A stretch of DNA of 64,000 nucleotides from Mustelus asterias (GCF_964213995.1 NW_027590138.1:1240001-1304000), one strand, 5' to 3'; shown: positions 11,667 through 25,380, counted from the stretch's first letter. Program-made: numbers and translations. The notes: generated by a model from the sequence alone, not told the origin.

Positions 11667-12147
11667 ATGGGGAGAGAGTGTGTGGGATGGAGATTTACAG
11701 CTTTTGGGGAATGAGAGAGGAAAGAATGTTCCATAGAAATTGTTCTGAATTTCTATCCTGTACTGACACTGATGACTTTTGGAAACTCATTTTCAGGATA
11801 TTGAAAGAGGAATCACAGGCCGAAATCTCAAACGTCATGTCTCGGCGTGACAGAATCGTGTTCCTTGGGACCTCAATATCATCGGACTTTGAATCCAGAA
11901 GGAGAAATGATTGTCCAGTCTGTCGATTTGAAAAGATTTGAAATGTCAGTGTGAGTGAAAAAGCATCAACACACTGCCACACTTGAGTGAGAGTGTTCCA
12001 ATGCACTGACTAAAGAGCTTTAACCAGTTACACAGTCTGAATAAATATCACACCATTCACAGCGGGTAGAGACTGTAATCTTGTCCTGTGTGTGGACGAA
12101 GTTTCAACTGATTGTCCACCCAAGAGTGAGGCAAGGAAACCTGCACC

Positions 12148-12822
12148 ATGGAGAAACCATGGAAATGTGGGGACTGTGGGAAGGGATACAGAGCCCCATG
12201 TCTGCTGGAAGCTCATCGGCGCAGCCACACTGGGGAGAGGCTGTTCATCTGCCCTCAGTGTGAGAAGGGATTTAATCAGTTCTCCAGCTTACGGACACAC
12301 CAACGAGTTCACACTGGGGAGAGACCATTCACCTGCTCTCAATGTGGGAAGGGATTCATTCAGTCATCCCACCTGCGGACACACCAGCGAGTTCACACTG
12401 GGGAGAGGCCATTCACCTGCTCTCAGTGTGGGAAGGGATTCACTCAGTTATCCAGCCTGCAGACACACCAGCGAGTTCACACTGGGGAGAGGCCATTCAC
12501 CTGCTCTCAGTGTGGGAAGGGATTCACTCAGTTATCCAGCCTGCAGACACACCAGCGAGTTCACACTGGGGAGAGGCCGTTCACCTGCTCTCAGTGTGGG
12601 AAGGGATTCACTCGGTTACCCGACCTGCGGACACACCAGCGAGTTCACACAGGGGAGAAACCATTCACCTGCTCTCAGTGTGGGAAGGGCTTCACTCGGT
12701 CATCCACCCTGCGGACACATCAGCCAGTTCACACTGGGGAGAGGCCATTCACCTGCTCTCAGTGTGGGAAGGGTTTCAGCGTTTCATCCCGGCTGCTGAG
12801 ACACCAGCGAGTTCACGAGTGA
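12148..12822 (+). CDS. ZNF-B: 8-finger C2H2 zinc-finger protein (224 aa), no effector domain seen
   Basis: Intact ORF, ACCATGG start context, eight CxxC-x12-H-x3-H fingers with TGERP linkers; fingers 4 and 5 identical. Confidence 0.85.
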   Translation: MEKPWKCGDCGKGYRAPCLLEAHRRSHTGERLFICPQCEKGFNQFSSLRTHQRVHTGERPFTCSQCGKGFIQSSHLRTHQRVHTGERPFTCSQCGKGFTQLSSLQTHQRVHTGERPFTCSQCGKGFTQLSSLQTHQRVHTGERPFTCSQCGKGFTRLPDLRTHQRVHTGEKPFTCSQCGKGFTRSSTLRTHQPVHTGERPFTCSQCGKGFSVSSRLLRHQRVHE

Positions 12823-13069
12823 TGACAGGGGTTGGATTCTGCTGTTATTGTTTCTGCTCTCAGTTGCATCCAGGATTGCATTTTGTTCATTCTCACAGTT
12901 GGTCAATGGGAAGGGTCAGAGGGTTTCTTTGTGCTGGACTGGCCGGTCTCAGCCTCCAGTGGGCTGATGCTCTTTGAACCTTTTTGTGAATACCTGGTTT
13001 CAAATGTCACAAGGATCACAGAGTGACAGGGTGTTAGGAAGTTTAGAGATATTGAGTCAGAAGAAAACA

Positions 13070-14120
13070 GAGGTTGGCAGTGCAAAGATACATTTCTGAA
13101 TGGAGGGCTGTGACAAGTGACGTTCCTCAGGGATCAGTGCTGGGACTTTTGCTGTTTGTAATATATATAAATGATTTGGAGGAAAATGTAACTGGTTTGA
13201 TTGGTAAGTTTGTGGACGACACAAAGGTTGGTGGAATTGCGGATAGCGATGGGGACTGGCAGAGGATACAGCAGGATATAGATCAGTTGGAGACTTGGGC
13301 AGAGAGATGGCAGATGAAGTTTAATCCGGACAAATGTGAGGTAATGCATTTTGGAAGGTCTAATACAGATGGGAAATATACAGTCAATGGAGAACCCTTC
13401 AGAGTATTCATAGGCAGAGGGATCTGGGTGTACAGGTGCACAGGTTATTGAAAGTGGCAATGAGGTGGAGAAGATAATCAAGAAGGCATACGGCATGCTT
13501 GCCTTCTTCGGCCGGGGCATTGAGTTTAAAAATTGGTAAGTCATGTTGCAGCTTTATAGAACCTTAGTTAGACCGCACGTGGAATCTAGTGTTCATTTCT
13601 GGTCACCACACTACCAGAAGGAAGTGGGGGCTTTGGAGAGGGTATGGAAAATATTTACCAGGATGTTGCCTGGTAGCATTAGCTATGAGGAGAGGTTGGA
13701 GAAACTTGGTTTGTTCTCACTGGAACAACGGAGGTTGAGGGGGGCGACCTGATAGAAGTCTACAAGATTATGAGGGTCATGGACAGAGTGGATAATCAGA
13801 CGCTTTTTCCCAGGGTGGAAGAGTCAATTACGAGAGGCATAGGTTTAAGGTGCGAGGGGCAAGGTTTAAAGGAGATGTACAAGGCAGGTTTTTTACACAG
13901 AGCGTGGTGGGTGCCTGGAACCCGTTGCCGGGGAAGGTAGTGGAAGCAGATACGGCAGTGACTTTTAAGATGTGTCTTGACAAATATATGAATAGCATAG
14001 GAACAGAGGGATATGGTCCCCGGAAAGGTAGGGGGTTTTAGTTCAGACGGGCAGCATGGTTGCTCCAGGCTTGGAGGGCCAAAGGGCTTGTTCCTGTGCT
14101 GTAATTTTCTTTGTTCTTCA
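13070..14120 (+). mobile_element. CR1 LINE 3' part (RT C-terminus), degenerate
   Basis: VPQGSVLG..FVIYINDL..KFVDDTK..WQMKFNPDKC; absent from the inverted paralog at ~23795. Confidence 0.9.
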
Positions 14121-14124
14121 TTCT

Positions 14125-14470
14125 GTTTGGAACATCCCAAATGCCCATCCAATTTCCTTTTTAATTGTTTATTGTCGCTACTTCCTCCACCCTCGTAGGC
14201 AGCGAGTTCCAGGTCATCACCATTCACTGCATCAGAATATTCTTCCTCACATCTCCACCGCCCCCCCCCCCCCCCCCCCGCCCCCCACTCCCCCTCTCTT
14301 GCATCTCTGACCCAAAACAAGAAATCTGTGTCCCCCCTCGTCCTTGTCCCATCAGCTAATGGGAACAGCTTTTCTTTGTCCACCTTATCTAAACCTGTCA
14401 GAACCTTGTCCACCTCTATCAAATCTCCCCTCAACCTCCTTTGCTCCAAGGAAAACAACACCAGCCTGAC
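14125..14470 (-). mobile_element. Older CR1 3' fragment (paralog 23490-23780)
   Basis: LFSLEQRRLRGDLIEV. Confidence 0.75.
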
Positions 14471-14890
14471 ATTGACAATAAAGAACAAACTAACAGAATA
14501 TGTTACTGTCTGAAATCAAATGGGAATGTTTAATTTCTGTTTTCAAGATATTGTGAATATATTGTCCTGGACAATAAAGGAATTGGAATAACTCACCTTG
14601 GGTGTGGTTGAATGGAATATGTCAATCTGATATCCACCTACAGTCTAGTGAAAGTCTGGAATATGTAGCTGGAACTCCCTTCCTAACAGCACTGTGGGTG
14701 TACGTACACCTCAGGCATTGCAGCAGTTCAAGAAGGCACCCTTGGGGTTGGGGTTGACCATGGCCAAGGCAGCTACATACAGCCACATATTCTGTTATAA
14801 TTGAAGGACTGCAGATTGAATGTGAGGCATTGTGGGACTGGACTATCTTGACCATATTCCTGTGACTGCCCGGAAACACGTGTCTATTTT

Positions 14891-16328
14891 AAAGAACAAA
14901 GAACAATACAGCACAGGAACAGGCCCTTCGGCCCTCCAAGCCTGCACCGATCATGTGTTCCTAACTAGACCATCCGTTTGTATCCCTCTATTCCCAGTCT
15001 GTTCATATGGTTATCATTAAAATACGTCCCCTGCATATCTGTATTGAACCTTGCCCCCCCTTACCTTGAACTTGTGACCCCTTCTGTTTGTCGTTTCTGA
15101 CCTGGGAAAAAGCTTCCAACTGTTCACCCTATCTATGCCCTTCATAATTTTATAAACTTCTATTAGGCCGCCCCTCCACCTCTGTTTTTCCAGGGAGAAC
15201 AACCCTAGTTTACTCAATCTCTCCTCATAGCTAATACCCTCCATACCAGGCAACATCCTGGTTAACCTTTTCTGCACTCTCTCCAAAGCCTCCACGTCCT
15301 TCTGGTAGTGTGGCGACCAGAACTGGACGCAGTATTCCAAATGCGGCCGAACCAACGTTCTATACATCTGCACCATCAGACCCCAACTTTTATACTCTAT
15401 GCCCCGTCCAATAAAAGCAAGCATGCCATATGCCTTCTTCACCACCCTTTCCACCTGTGTTGCCACCTTTAAGGTTCTGTGGACTTGCACATCCAGATCC
15501 TTCTGCGTGTCTATACTCCTGATGGTTCTGCCATTTATTGTATAGCTCCCCCCTGCATTAGATCTACCAAAATGCATCACTTCGCATTTATCTGGATTAA
15601 GTTCCATCTGCCATTTCTCCGCCCAATTTTCCAGCCTATCTATGTCCTGCTGTATTCTCTGACAATGTTCATCACAATCCACAACTCCAGCAATCATTGT
15701 GTCGTCCGCAAACTTACTAATCAGACTTGCTACATCTTCTTCCAAATCATTTATATATATCACAAACAGCAGAGGTCCCAATACAGAGCCCTGCGGAACA
15801 CCACTAGTCACAGACCTCCAATCAGAAAAAGACCCCTCCGCTGCTACCCTCTGTCTTCTATGGCCAAACCAGTTCTGTACCCATCTAGCGAGCTCACCTT
15901 TGATCCCGTGAGATTTAACCTTTTGCACCAGCCTGCCATGAGGGACCTTGTCAAATGCTTTACTAAAATCCATGTAGACGACATCCACGGCCCTTCCCTC
16001 GTCAGTCATTTTTGTCACCGCCTCAAAAAACTCAACCAAATTTGTGAGGCATGACCTCCCTCGCACAAAACCATGTTGTCTATTGCTAATGAGATTATTC
16101 AGTTCTAAATGTGTACAGATCCTATCTCTAAGAATCTTCTCCAACAATTTCCCTACCACGGACGTCAAGCTCACTGGCCTATGATTACCCGGGTTATCCT
16201 TGCTACCCTTCTTAAATAACGGGACCACATTTGCTATTCTCCAATCCTCTGGGACCTCACCTGTGTCCAATGAAGAAACAAAGATTTCTGTTAGAGGCCC
16301 AGCAATTTCATCTCTTGTCTCTCTCAGT
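14891..16328 (-). mobile_element. CR1 LINE, 5'-truncated, with long open RT ORF (15017-16354)
   Basis: VPEDWRIANVVPLFKKG, RPVSLTS, DFSKAFDKV, GVPQGSVLGP, FADD; (TTGTTCT) tail; flanked by ~220-bp direct repeats. Confidence 0.95.
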
Positions 16329-18489
16329 AACTGGAAGTCCCTCCCTAACAGCACTGTGGGTGTACGTACACCTCAGGCATTGCAGCAGTTCAAGAAGGCA
16401 CCCTTGGGGTTGACCATGGCCAAGGCAGCTACATACAGCCACATATTGTGTTATAATTGAAGAACTGCAGATTGAATGTGAGGCATTGTGGGACTGGACT
16501 ATCTTGACCATATTCCTGTGACTGCCCGGAAACTCATGTGTCTATTTTAGTTTAAAATTGAGGATTTCTGGGAATAATGTCTCAGATGGTGGCCAGATTA
16601 TCAAATTCAGTTCTCTCAAATAATTCATAGACAAAGAAACAAGTATCTCCAAGAGAAAACTGTCACCTCATTCATCTCATCTCGACTTCCCTTTCACTCA
16701 AATCTTCATAAACACCCAAATGTATGGATTCCTTTAAACTGCACTTTCAGGAGTTCTCGAGAATCTTTAGAGTTAAATAAATCATTAAATATTCTCATAA
16801 TATCTTTTAACAGAAACCAAACATTTCTGTTTGATTCCAGGCATTATCAACTTTGTTCTTTCCCTTAAACACCAGGTAATTTCCATTTTAAATGCTTGAA
16901 ATAGCAACTCATGTCAGATATTTATCAATTCCAATATCAAAAGCAGGCTTGTTGGCTTTCTGAAAAGTAAAGTCTTTTATTCTCTGCTTTAATTCTCAAA
17001 ACTGCTGCCTTCACTCGGATTGTTTGTGAGTGAAACCGTCATCACCTGTTTAAAAAAACCCCATAAACAATCCATCTGGCTCTGGCCAAGATCCCAGTGA
17101 GTTAATATGTCCAATCACAGGTTACATTAAAAAACAAAGGCTGTGTGGAGATTTATAAAAATCAGCTGTCTGCTGAAAGGGTTAACTTCTCTGTGGAACC
17201 GAGAGAGGCGGGGAGTGGGCAGAGGAAACTTGGCAATTGTGTCAATTTACATAATTTAAAAAACTTCTCTCATGTTATTTTCTTCGATTTTGTTCAAATT
17301 TCATCTCTTTTATCTCTCCTTTTTTGAACACCAATTTCAATTTTCAATATTTGCTACTTAATCAAAGTTGAAAGAAATACTTTGTGAAATGTGTTGTTAA
17401 CTGAATCTCAACAATTTTAACTCAAATGTTTTGGAAAGTTGGAACTGGTTTGCTGCCAAACTGCAGCCTTATCTTTGTGTTTTGGGAGCAAATTGTCCTT
17501 CACAATTCTAACCTTGAACAAGTTAATTTCAAACCCAAATACATTCCTTTCACATTTTAGCACAGTCTGAATTTATTTCAAACAGAAACTCACGGCTGTT
17601 CAAATTAAATTAATTTTTATTCCCTTTCCAAACTAATTCTTCGAATCGATGATGCTTTCAAACAACGCCCTGCCTCAACAATTATGACTCAAATGTACGG
17701 TATTCCTTCAACTGGGCAAACCAACTTGGAGTAAGCGTTGTGGATCATGACGGTGCAAAGGTCATGGCTACCCTCACACACCTGCATTCCCTTATCACAC
17801 AGGAGAGGGGGGAGTGCTTTCAGTGATTCTTTTTTTTGGAGAAAACAACTACATCTGCTCGCTGGTGACTGATTTGTGTCTCAGGTTGTTTGATGTTAGC
17901 TAAACACAGGGAGTGTTCTGTCTCAGGGAGGTGTCACTTTGTGGCTGAGTTAACTTTCTCAAAGTCCCCATGGCATTTTCTCACTCTTCACTTGATCTGA
18001 TATTTTCTGACTGTAAATCAATATCTTGTTCCAGGGTTTGGCCGAACAGCAGTAGATTTTTCTGAGCTCCACTCACCCTATCATCTGCCCCCTGTTCCCA
18101 ATGTAACTGATTGTCCTGGTCAGACGTGCTCTCCTGCCAGCAATCAGCTCCATTCTGCAGCTTATCCACCAGTTCCCTCAACTCTTTATATTTTGTACTC
18201 AGCTGGGAGGCAACAGGTTTCCAATGTAACTGGAAATTAATTTATTCTGGACTTTTTCCAACTCACTATTTCCTTTCTGAATCTCTTTAGAAAACCTATC
18301 AAGGACCCGCTCGTAATCTCCGTCACATTCTTCTCCACCTCCCAGTGGATCAGTTGCTCCTGATGCCCTTGGCTCCGTTGTCAAACTGTCAGTCACATTG
18401 TAGCAGATGCCAAAGCCATTGTTGTATTTGTTTTTTTGAGGCAGCAGTGCGAACCACTGTGCCACTGGATGGAATGCTGGCACAGTGGA

Positions 18490-18685
18490 GAGAAACATAG
18501 AAACTAGAAGCAGGAGTAGGCCATTCGGCCCTTTGAGCCTGCTCCACCATTCATCTTGGTCATGGCTGATCATCGAATTCAATATCCTCATTCCCCAATT
18601 CCTTCCATATCCCTTGATCCCTTTAGTCCCAAGAGCTATATTTCATATCTTCTTGAAATCAGATAATGTTTTGGCCTCAACTATA
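18490..18685 (-). mobile_element. CR1 3' end fragment
   Basis: AAACATAGAAACTAGAAGCAGGAGTAGGCCATTCGGCCC tail. Confidence 0.75.
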
Positions 18686-18687
18686 GG

Positions 18688-19036
18688 GTGGCATGGTGGC
18701 ACAGTGGTCAGCGCAGCTGCCTCACAGTGCCAGGGACCCGGGCTTAATTCCAGCCTTGGGTGAGTGTCCATGTGGACTTTCCATGTTCTCCCCATGTTTG
18801 CGTGGGTTTCCTCCGGGTGCTCCGGTTTCCTCCAACAGACCAAAGATGTGCGGGTTAGGTGGATTTGCAATGCTAATTTCCCTCTTAGTGTCCCAAGATG
18901 TGCAGATTAGATAGGTTAGCCATGGTAAATGTGTAAGTTACAGGGAGAGAGGGCCTGGGTAAGGTGCTCTGTTAGAGACTCGGTGCAGACTTGATGGGCC
19001 GAATGGTCCCTTCTGCACTGGAGGGATTCTATGATT
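18688..19036 (+). mobile_element. HE1-like SINE, full length
   Basis: tRNA-like head, V-core, CR1-type tail ATTCTATGATTC. Confidence 0.88.
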
Positions 19037-19631
19037 CAATGAACACAGGAATGGTCAGAATTATTTCACATGTCCCAAATTTTAAATAACCATTACAATT
19101 AAAACTCTCTCATTCTCACATGTGTGAGTTTGAATCCGGATTAAAATTCCCACAAGTTTAGCACAGTATCCTGGAATCATGTCTCTGGCCAGTGAATGTG
19201 GTTCTAGGTTCACAACTTTTGTGAAAAAAAGCTTCATTAATTACACGTCCTTTATTTAAATCTGTTTGATTTAAATCACAGACAGAAAACCTCAAAACTT
19301 GAAGCATTCAACCCACAAATATCATCCACACAAACAGAGAAACTTAGCATGTGCTTTACAACAATAACTGAAATTAATTCCTTAAGCGTTCTTGTGGTTC
19401 TGTTTCTGAACTTCCAGAAATGCCTTTAATTAAAGACTCAAGAGAAGGTTAATTCTCCAGAAAGATAAACCTTAACAAATGTAGCCCAAAACAATGATAA
19501 AACACATCGACAAACATCCACATAAAACAAATGAAACACACAGATTCTCACAGCTCGTAAATTTCAAATGAATCCTCAGCATTCTCTCTCGCAGCTATAG
19601 CTTCTTAAAGCGACAGAGCACTACAAACGTT

Positions 19632-20570
19632 TCACAATATACATTAATGATTTGGAAGATGGAACTGAAGGCACTGTTGCTAAGTTTGCAGATGATACAA
19701 AGATATGTAGAGGGACAGGTAGTATTGAAGGAGCAGGGGGGCTGCAGAAGGACTTTGATGGGCCAGGAGAGTGGGCAAAGAAGTGGCAGATGGAGTACAA
19801 TGTGGAAAAGTGTGAGATTATGCACTTGGGTAGGAGGAATGGAGGCATAGACTATTTCCTAAATGGGGAAATGCTTTGGAAATCAGAAGCACAAAGGGAC
19901 TTGGGAGTCATTGATCAAGATTCTCTTAAGGCTAATGTGCAGGTTTAGTTGGCAGTTAGGAAGGCAAATGCAATGTTATCATTCATGTCAAGAGGGCTAG
20001 AATACAACAGCAGGGATGTACGCCTGAGACAGTATGAGGCTCTGGTCAGACACATTTGGAGTATTCGGAGCAGTTTTGGGCCGCACATCTAAGGAAGGAT
20101 ATTCTGGTCTTAGAAAGGGTCCGGAGAAGGTTCACAAGAATGATCCCTGGAATGAAGAGCTGGTCGTATGAGGAACGGTTGAGGGCTGTGGGCCTGTACT
20201 CATTGGAGTTTAGAAGGATGAGGGGGTACTTATTAAAACTTACAGGATACTGCGAGGCCTGGATAGAGTGGACGTGGAGAGGATGTTTCCACTGGTAGGA
20301 AAAACTAGAACCAGAGGGTACAACCTCAGGCTAAAGGGATGATCCTTTAAAACAGAGATGAGGAGGAATTTCTTCAGCCAGAGAGTGGTGAATCTGTGGA
20401 ACTCTTTGCCGCAGAAGGCTGTGGAGGTCAGTTCATTGAGTGTCTGTAAGACAGAGATAGATAGGTTCTTGATTATTAAGGGGATTATTCAGGGGTTATG
20501 GGGAAAAGGTAGGAGAATGGGGATGAGAAAAATATCAGCCATGATTGAATAGCGGAGAAGACTCGATGGG
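19632..20570 (+). mobile_element. CR1 LINE 3' part, degenerate
   Basis: KFADDTK, WQMEYNVEKC, FFSQRVVNLWNSLP. Confidence 0.9.
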
Positions 20571-22692
20571 TCTGGTGGCCTATTTCTGCTCCTATGTCTT
20601 ATGGTCTAAGCTCACAACTCCTTGATTAAAATAAGACACAAGATCCTTCATTCCCCTTCATTGTAACTTAACCTTTTTTTAGCCAACTTCCAAGGCCTGA
20701 TTTTATAGGAAACATCTAGTCTTTGTTGATTTAAAATCCCAAACATGTTGCCAGCTGCAAAATCTTTGTTCTTTATCTGGGGTCGAGGTGACAACAATAT
20801 AAAATTCTCACAGTTCTTCCAAATTCCTCCAGGCTCCGCTTAAAATTTCCACATTTAACTGGTTCCCATAAATCCTCAATCAAAAACTAAAATAGACACA
20901 TGAGTTTCCAGGTGATTTACAAAGAAATGAACTGTCTGCTGAAAGGGTTAACTTTTCTACAGAACCTAAAGGGGTCGGGAGTGAACAGAAAAAACTTGGC
21001 ACACAATTACTTCACTTTACATGTGATGGGGGTTTTTCTCAGAGGCGAAGTATTGAGCTGAACCCAGTTAATACAAAGATTTGCAAAAGACAGTATACTG
21101 GTTAAAGACATTCTTTATTGACCAACACGCGCTGGGAGAAAGGCAGCTGGGCAGTCCAACTCCTTTCTAAAGTTACAATACATTGGCCGTGTAGTTATAC
21201 TATTTTGAAAGTTCATTTCACCCACCCACTCTGTCATCCTAACTGGATGCTCCAATCATGTTCGTGCACAATATTTACCTTGGCCAATAACATCCGATCT
21301 TCTGGAAGAATGGGAATTCATTGGTCTGCAGAATCTGGAAGTTCCTGCCCACTGTTACTTTGCAACTTTCACTTACGTAGGTCCATAGGGTTCAAAGGTT
21401 GCTTTCTAACTGACTCTCAGCAACTTCTATTACAAAGGTTATAGGGTTCAAAAGTTCCTTTCCACTGTCTGCTGAGCCATCCCTTATAACTCATACTGAT
21501 AAAAACTGTGCTCTGTGGCTTCACTGTTCACTGTTCTGACAGAACGTGGACTGTCTCACTCAGCTTTTATCCCATTATGCTTTAGGGCAGTCTGCAGTTT
21601 GGCCAAGGTATACATTTCAGTACAAAAAGTACATATTTAAATCTGAAATACATGTTTAAATTCTCTACCAGTGGTTATATGTGTCTCTATGCAGACAGTA
21701 CCTTTGTATAATATAAATAAGGCACATTGTGATCCTTATTCTACGTTAGTCTAAGTCAGTCCACCCTGTTTCAATAGCCTTTATTAGTTTTTAATCTCAA
21801 GGTATTCTGAACCCCTCTAACAAAATAACTTTAAAAAACTTAAAGTTTATAATTAGTCTCAAGTAAGCTTACATTAACACTGCAATGAAGTTACTGTGAA
21901 AAATCCCCTCTCTAACAACAAAAGAAACTTGATTTTAAACTTCATCTATTAATTTTTTTGTTATATTCTCAACCTATTTTAATTTGATCAGTTTTTGTTA
22001 GGGATGGGTAATTTCTGTTCTTTATAAACTGGTTCACTCATTTTGTTAATTCTACATGGGCTCGGAGAATCAGAACCCAGACTCTATCATCCATTTCCTT
22101 TTTCTCCTTTTATCACCACTTTCTCTCTGTTTTGCAGGAGGATCGTGGGGATTCCAATCAGACCGAATCATTTGTTATAAAAGTAAAACAAAAACAGAAA
22201 ATGCTGGAAAATCCCAGCAGATCTGACAGCATCTGTAGGGAGAGAATAGAGCCAACGTTTCAAGTCTGGATGACCCTTCATGAGAGCTCCTATGAAGTGT
22301 CATCCAGTCTCAAAATGTTGGCTCTATTCTCAAATCATTTTATCGGTAAGTTTCTTGTTCTTAGTTTCCAAAACACAGGTAAGAAATCTGTCTGGTGCCC
22401 ACTCGAGCTCTGATTTGTCACTGGCCATGCTTGGGTTGGATTATAACCATTAGAATCCACTCTTAGAGGTCCATTTTTCAGTCCAGTGCTACTTGGAGTA
22501 TACCGTCACTTCACCGACTACCGGTCACAAGTCCCTCACAGTTCTTATCACAAATTTATGATAAAATAATATAAACATGCCTGAAAACGCTTCACTTCTT
22601 AGCTACCTATCACTGTTTATTGATTAGTCAGCCCCTTTTTTACAGATTCCAGGATCTCAGCTGCTGAACACCAGCTGGTCCCGCAATAATCT

Positions 22693-23005
22693 CATAGAAT
22701 CTCTACAGTGCAGAAGGAGGCCATTCGGCCCATCAAGTCTGCACCAACCACAATCCCACCAACCCTATCCCCATAACCCCATTCATTTACCCTAGCTAGT
22801 CCCCCTGACACTAAGGGGCAATTTAGCATGGCCAATCCACCTAACCCGCATTTCTTTGTACTGTGGGAGGAAACCGGAGCACCCGGAGGAAACCTACACA
22901 GACACGGGGAGAATGTGCAAACTCCACACAGACAGTGACCCAAGCTGGGAATCGAACCCGGGTTCCTGGCGCTGTGAGGCAGCAGTGCTGACCACTGTGC
23001 CGCCC
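22693..23005 (-). mobile_element. HE1-like SINE
   Basis: Reverse-complement head GGCACAGTGG / GGTTCGATTCC, V-core, tail CATAGAATC. Confidence 0.9.
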
Positions 23006-24033
23006 CAGTTTAATTCTAACTCATTCTGAGTAAATATTCTCACCAGGTCCTCTGTTGGGGCCCTGCTGAGCAGCTTTAATGTTCTGTGATTGCAGAAACT
23101 GAGCAGTCACAGGAATGTGGTTAAGATAGTCCAGTCCCACAATGCCTCACATTCAATCTGCTGTCCTTCAATTATAACAGAATATGTGGCTGTATGTAGC
23201 TGCCTCGGACATGGTCAACCCCAACACTGCCTTCCTGAACTGCTACAATGCCTGAGGTGTAGGTACACCCACAGTGCGGTTAGGGAGGGATTTCCAGCTA
23301 CACATTCCAGACTTTCACGAGACTGTAGGTGGATATCAGATTGATATATTCCATTCAACCACACCCAAGGTGAGTTATTCCAATTCCCTTATTGTCCAGG
23401 ACAATATATTCACAATATCTTTAAAACATTCCCATGTGATTTCAGGTACGAACATATTCTGTTAGTTTGTTCTTTATTGTCGATGTCAGGCTGGGGTTGT
23501 TCCCCTTGGAGCAAAGTACGTTGAAGGGAGATTTGATAGAGGTGGACAAGATTCTGACAGGTTTAGATAAGGTGGACAAAGAAAAGCTGTTCCCATTCGC
23601 TGATGGGACAAGGACGAGGGGGACACAGATTTATGGTTTTGGGTCAGAGAGGAAGGGGGGATGTGAGGAAGAATATTTTGATGCAGCGAATGGTAATGAC
23701 CTGGAACTCGCTGCCTACGAGGGTGGAGGAAGTGGAGACAATAAACAATTACAAAGGAAATTGGATGGGCATTTGGGGGAGTTTCAAACAAAAATAGCGA
23801 CTCTTAACTTCCCAACATCCTGTCACTCTGTGATCCGTGTGAAATTTGAAACCGGGTATTCGCAACAAGACTCAAAGAGCATCAGCCCACTGGAGGCAAA
23901 GTCATGAGACCGGCCAGTCCAGCAGAAAGAAACCCTCCGACCCTCCCCATTGACCAACTGTGAGAATGAACAAAATGCAGTCCTGGGTGTAATTGAGAGC
24001 AGAAACAATAACAGCAGAATCCAAACCCTGGAA

Positions 24034-25380
24034 TCACTCGTGAACTTGTTGGTGTCTCAGCAGGTGGGATGAAAGACTGAATCTTTTCTCACACACAGAG
24101 CAGCTGAATGGTCTCTCCCAAGTATGAACTCGCTGGTGTATCCGCAGGTGGGAGGACCGAGTGAATCCCTTCCCACACAGAGAGCAGGTGAACGGTCTCT
24201 CCCCAGTGTGAACTCGCTGGTGCCTCAGCAGCCTGGATGAATCACAGAATCCCTTCCCACACTGACAGCAGGTGAATGGCCTCTCCCCAGTGTGAACTCG
24301 TTGGTGTATCTGCAGGCTGGATAATCGAGTAAATCCCTTCCCACACTGAGGGCAGGTGAACGGTCTCTCCCCAGTGTGAACTCGCTGGTGTGTCAGCAGG
24401 CTGGATGACTGAATGAATCCCTTCCCACACTGAGAGCAGGTGAATGGCCTCTCCCCAGTGTGAACTCGCTGATGTATCTGCAGCTGGGATGACTGAGTGA
24501 ATCCCTCCCCACATTGAGAGCAGGTGAATGGTCTCTCCCCAGTGTGAACTTGCTGGTGTATCTGCAGGTGGGATGACTGAGTGAATCCCTTCCCACACTG
24601 AGAGCAGGTGAATGGCCTCTCCCCAGTGTGAACTCGCTGGTGTCTCCGCAGGTGGGATGACAGAGTGAATCCCTTCCCACACTGAGAGCAGGTGAATGGC
24701 CTCTCTCCAGTGTGAACTCGCTGGTGTGCCCGCAGGTTGAATGACTGAGTGAAACCCTTCCCACACTGAGAGCAGGTGAATGGCCTCTCCCCAGTGTGAA
24801 CTCGCTGGTGTGTCCGCAGGTTGGATAATCGGGTAAATCCCTTCCCACACTGAGAGCAGGTGAACGGTCTCTCCCCAGTGTGAACTCGCTGGTGTGTCTG
24901 CAGGCTGGATGACTGAGTGAATCCCTTCCCACACTGAGAGCAGGTGAATGGCCTCTCCCCAGTGTGAACTCGCTGATGTATCTGCAGCTGGGATGACTGA
25001 GTGAATCCCTCCCCACATTGTGAGCAGGTGAATGGCCTCTCCCCAGTGTGAACTCGCTGGTGTATCTGTAGGTGGGATGACTGAGTGAATCCCTTCCCAC
25101 ACTGAGAGCAGGTGAATGGCCTCTCCCCAGTGTGAACTCGCTGGTGTCTCCGCAGGTGGGATGAGTGAGTGAATCCCTTCCCACACTGAGAGCATGTGAA
25201 TGGTCTCTCCCCAGTGTGAACTCGCTGATGTGACTGCAGGTTGAATGACCGAGTGAATCCCTTCCCACACTGAGAGCAGGTAAATGGCCTCTCCCCAATG
25301 TGGCTGCGCCGATGAGCTTCCAGCAGAGATGGGGATCTGTACCTCCTCCCACAGTCCCCACATTTCGACGGTTTCTCCAT
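24034..25380 (-). CDS. ZNF-C: 16-finger C2H2 zinc-finger protein
   Basis: Intact ORF from ACCATGGAG (MEKP); 16 canonical fingers; acceptor TTATAG|GATATT at 25731; donor GTGAGT near 27694. Confidence 0.88.
   Translation of the reverse strand: MEKPSKCGDCGRRYRSPSLLEAHRRSHIGERPFTCSQCGKGFTRSFNLQSHQRVHTGERPFTCSQCGKGFTHSSHLRRHQRVHTGERPFTCSQCGKGFTQSSHLQIHQRVHTGERPFTCSQCGEGFTQSSQLQIHQRVHTGERPFTCSQCGKGFTQSSSLQTHQRVHTGERPFTCSQCGKGFTRLSNLRTHQRVHTGERPFTCSQCGKGFTQSFNLRAHQRVHTGERPFTCSQCGKGFTLSSHLRRHQRVHTGERPFTCSQCGKGFTQSSHLQIHQQVHTGERPFTCSQCGEGFTQSSQLQIHQRVHTGERPFTCSQCGKGFIQSSSLLTHQRVHTGERPFTCPQCGKGFTRLSSLQIHQRVHTGERPFTCCQCGKGFCDSSRLLRHQRVHTGERPFTCSLCGKGFTRSSHLRIHQRVHTWERPFSCSVCEKRFSLSSHLLRHQQVHE

Noticed and set aside
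12105-12112. Shared TGA as selenocysteine or readthrough codon
   Set aside because: Upstream fingers also carry frameshifts and other stops; no SECIS recognised
21022-21772. Possible solo LTR (TG..CA, minus-strand AATAAA)
   Set aside because: No target duplication found and boundaries not defensible
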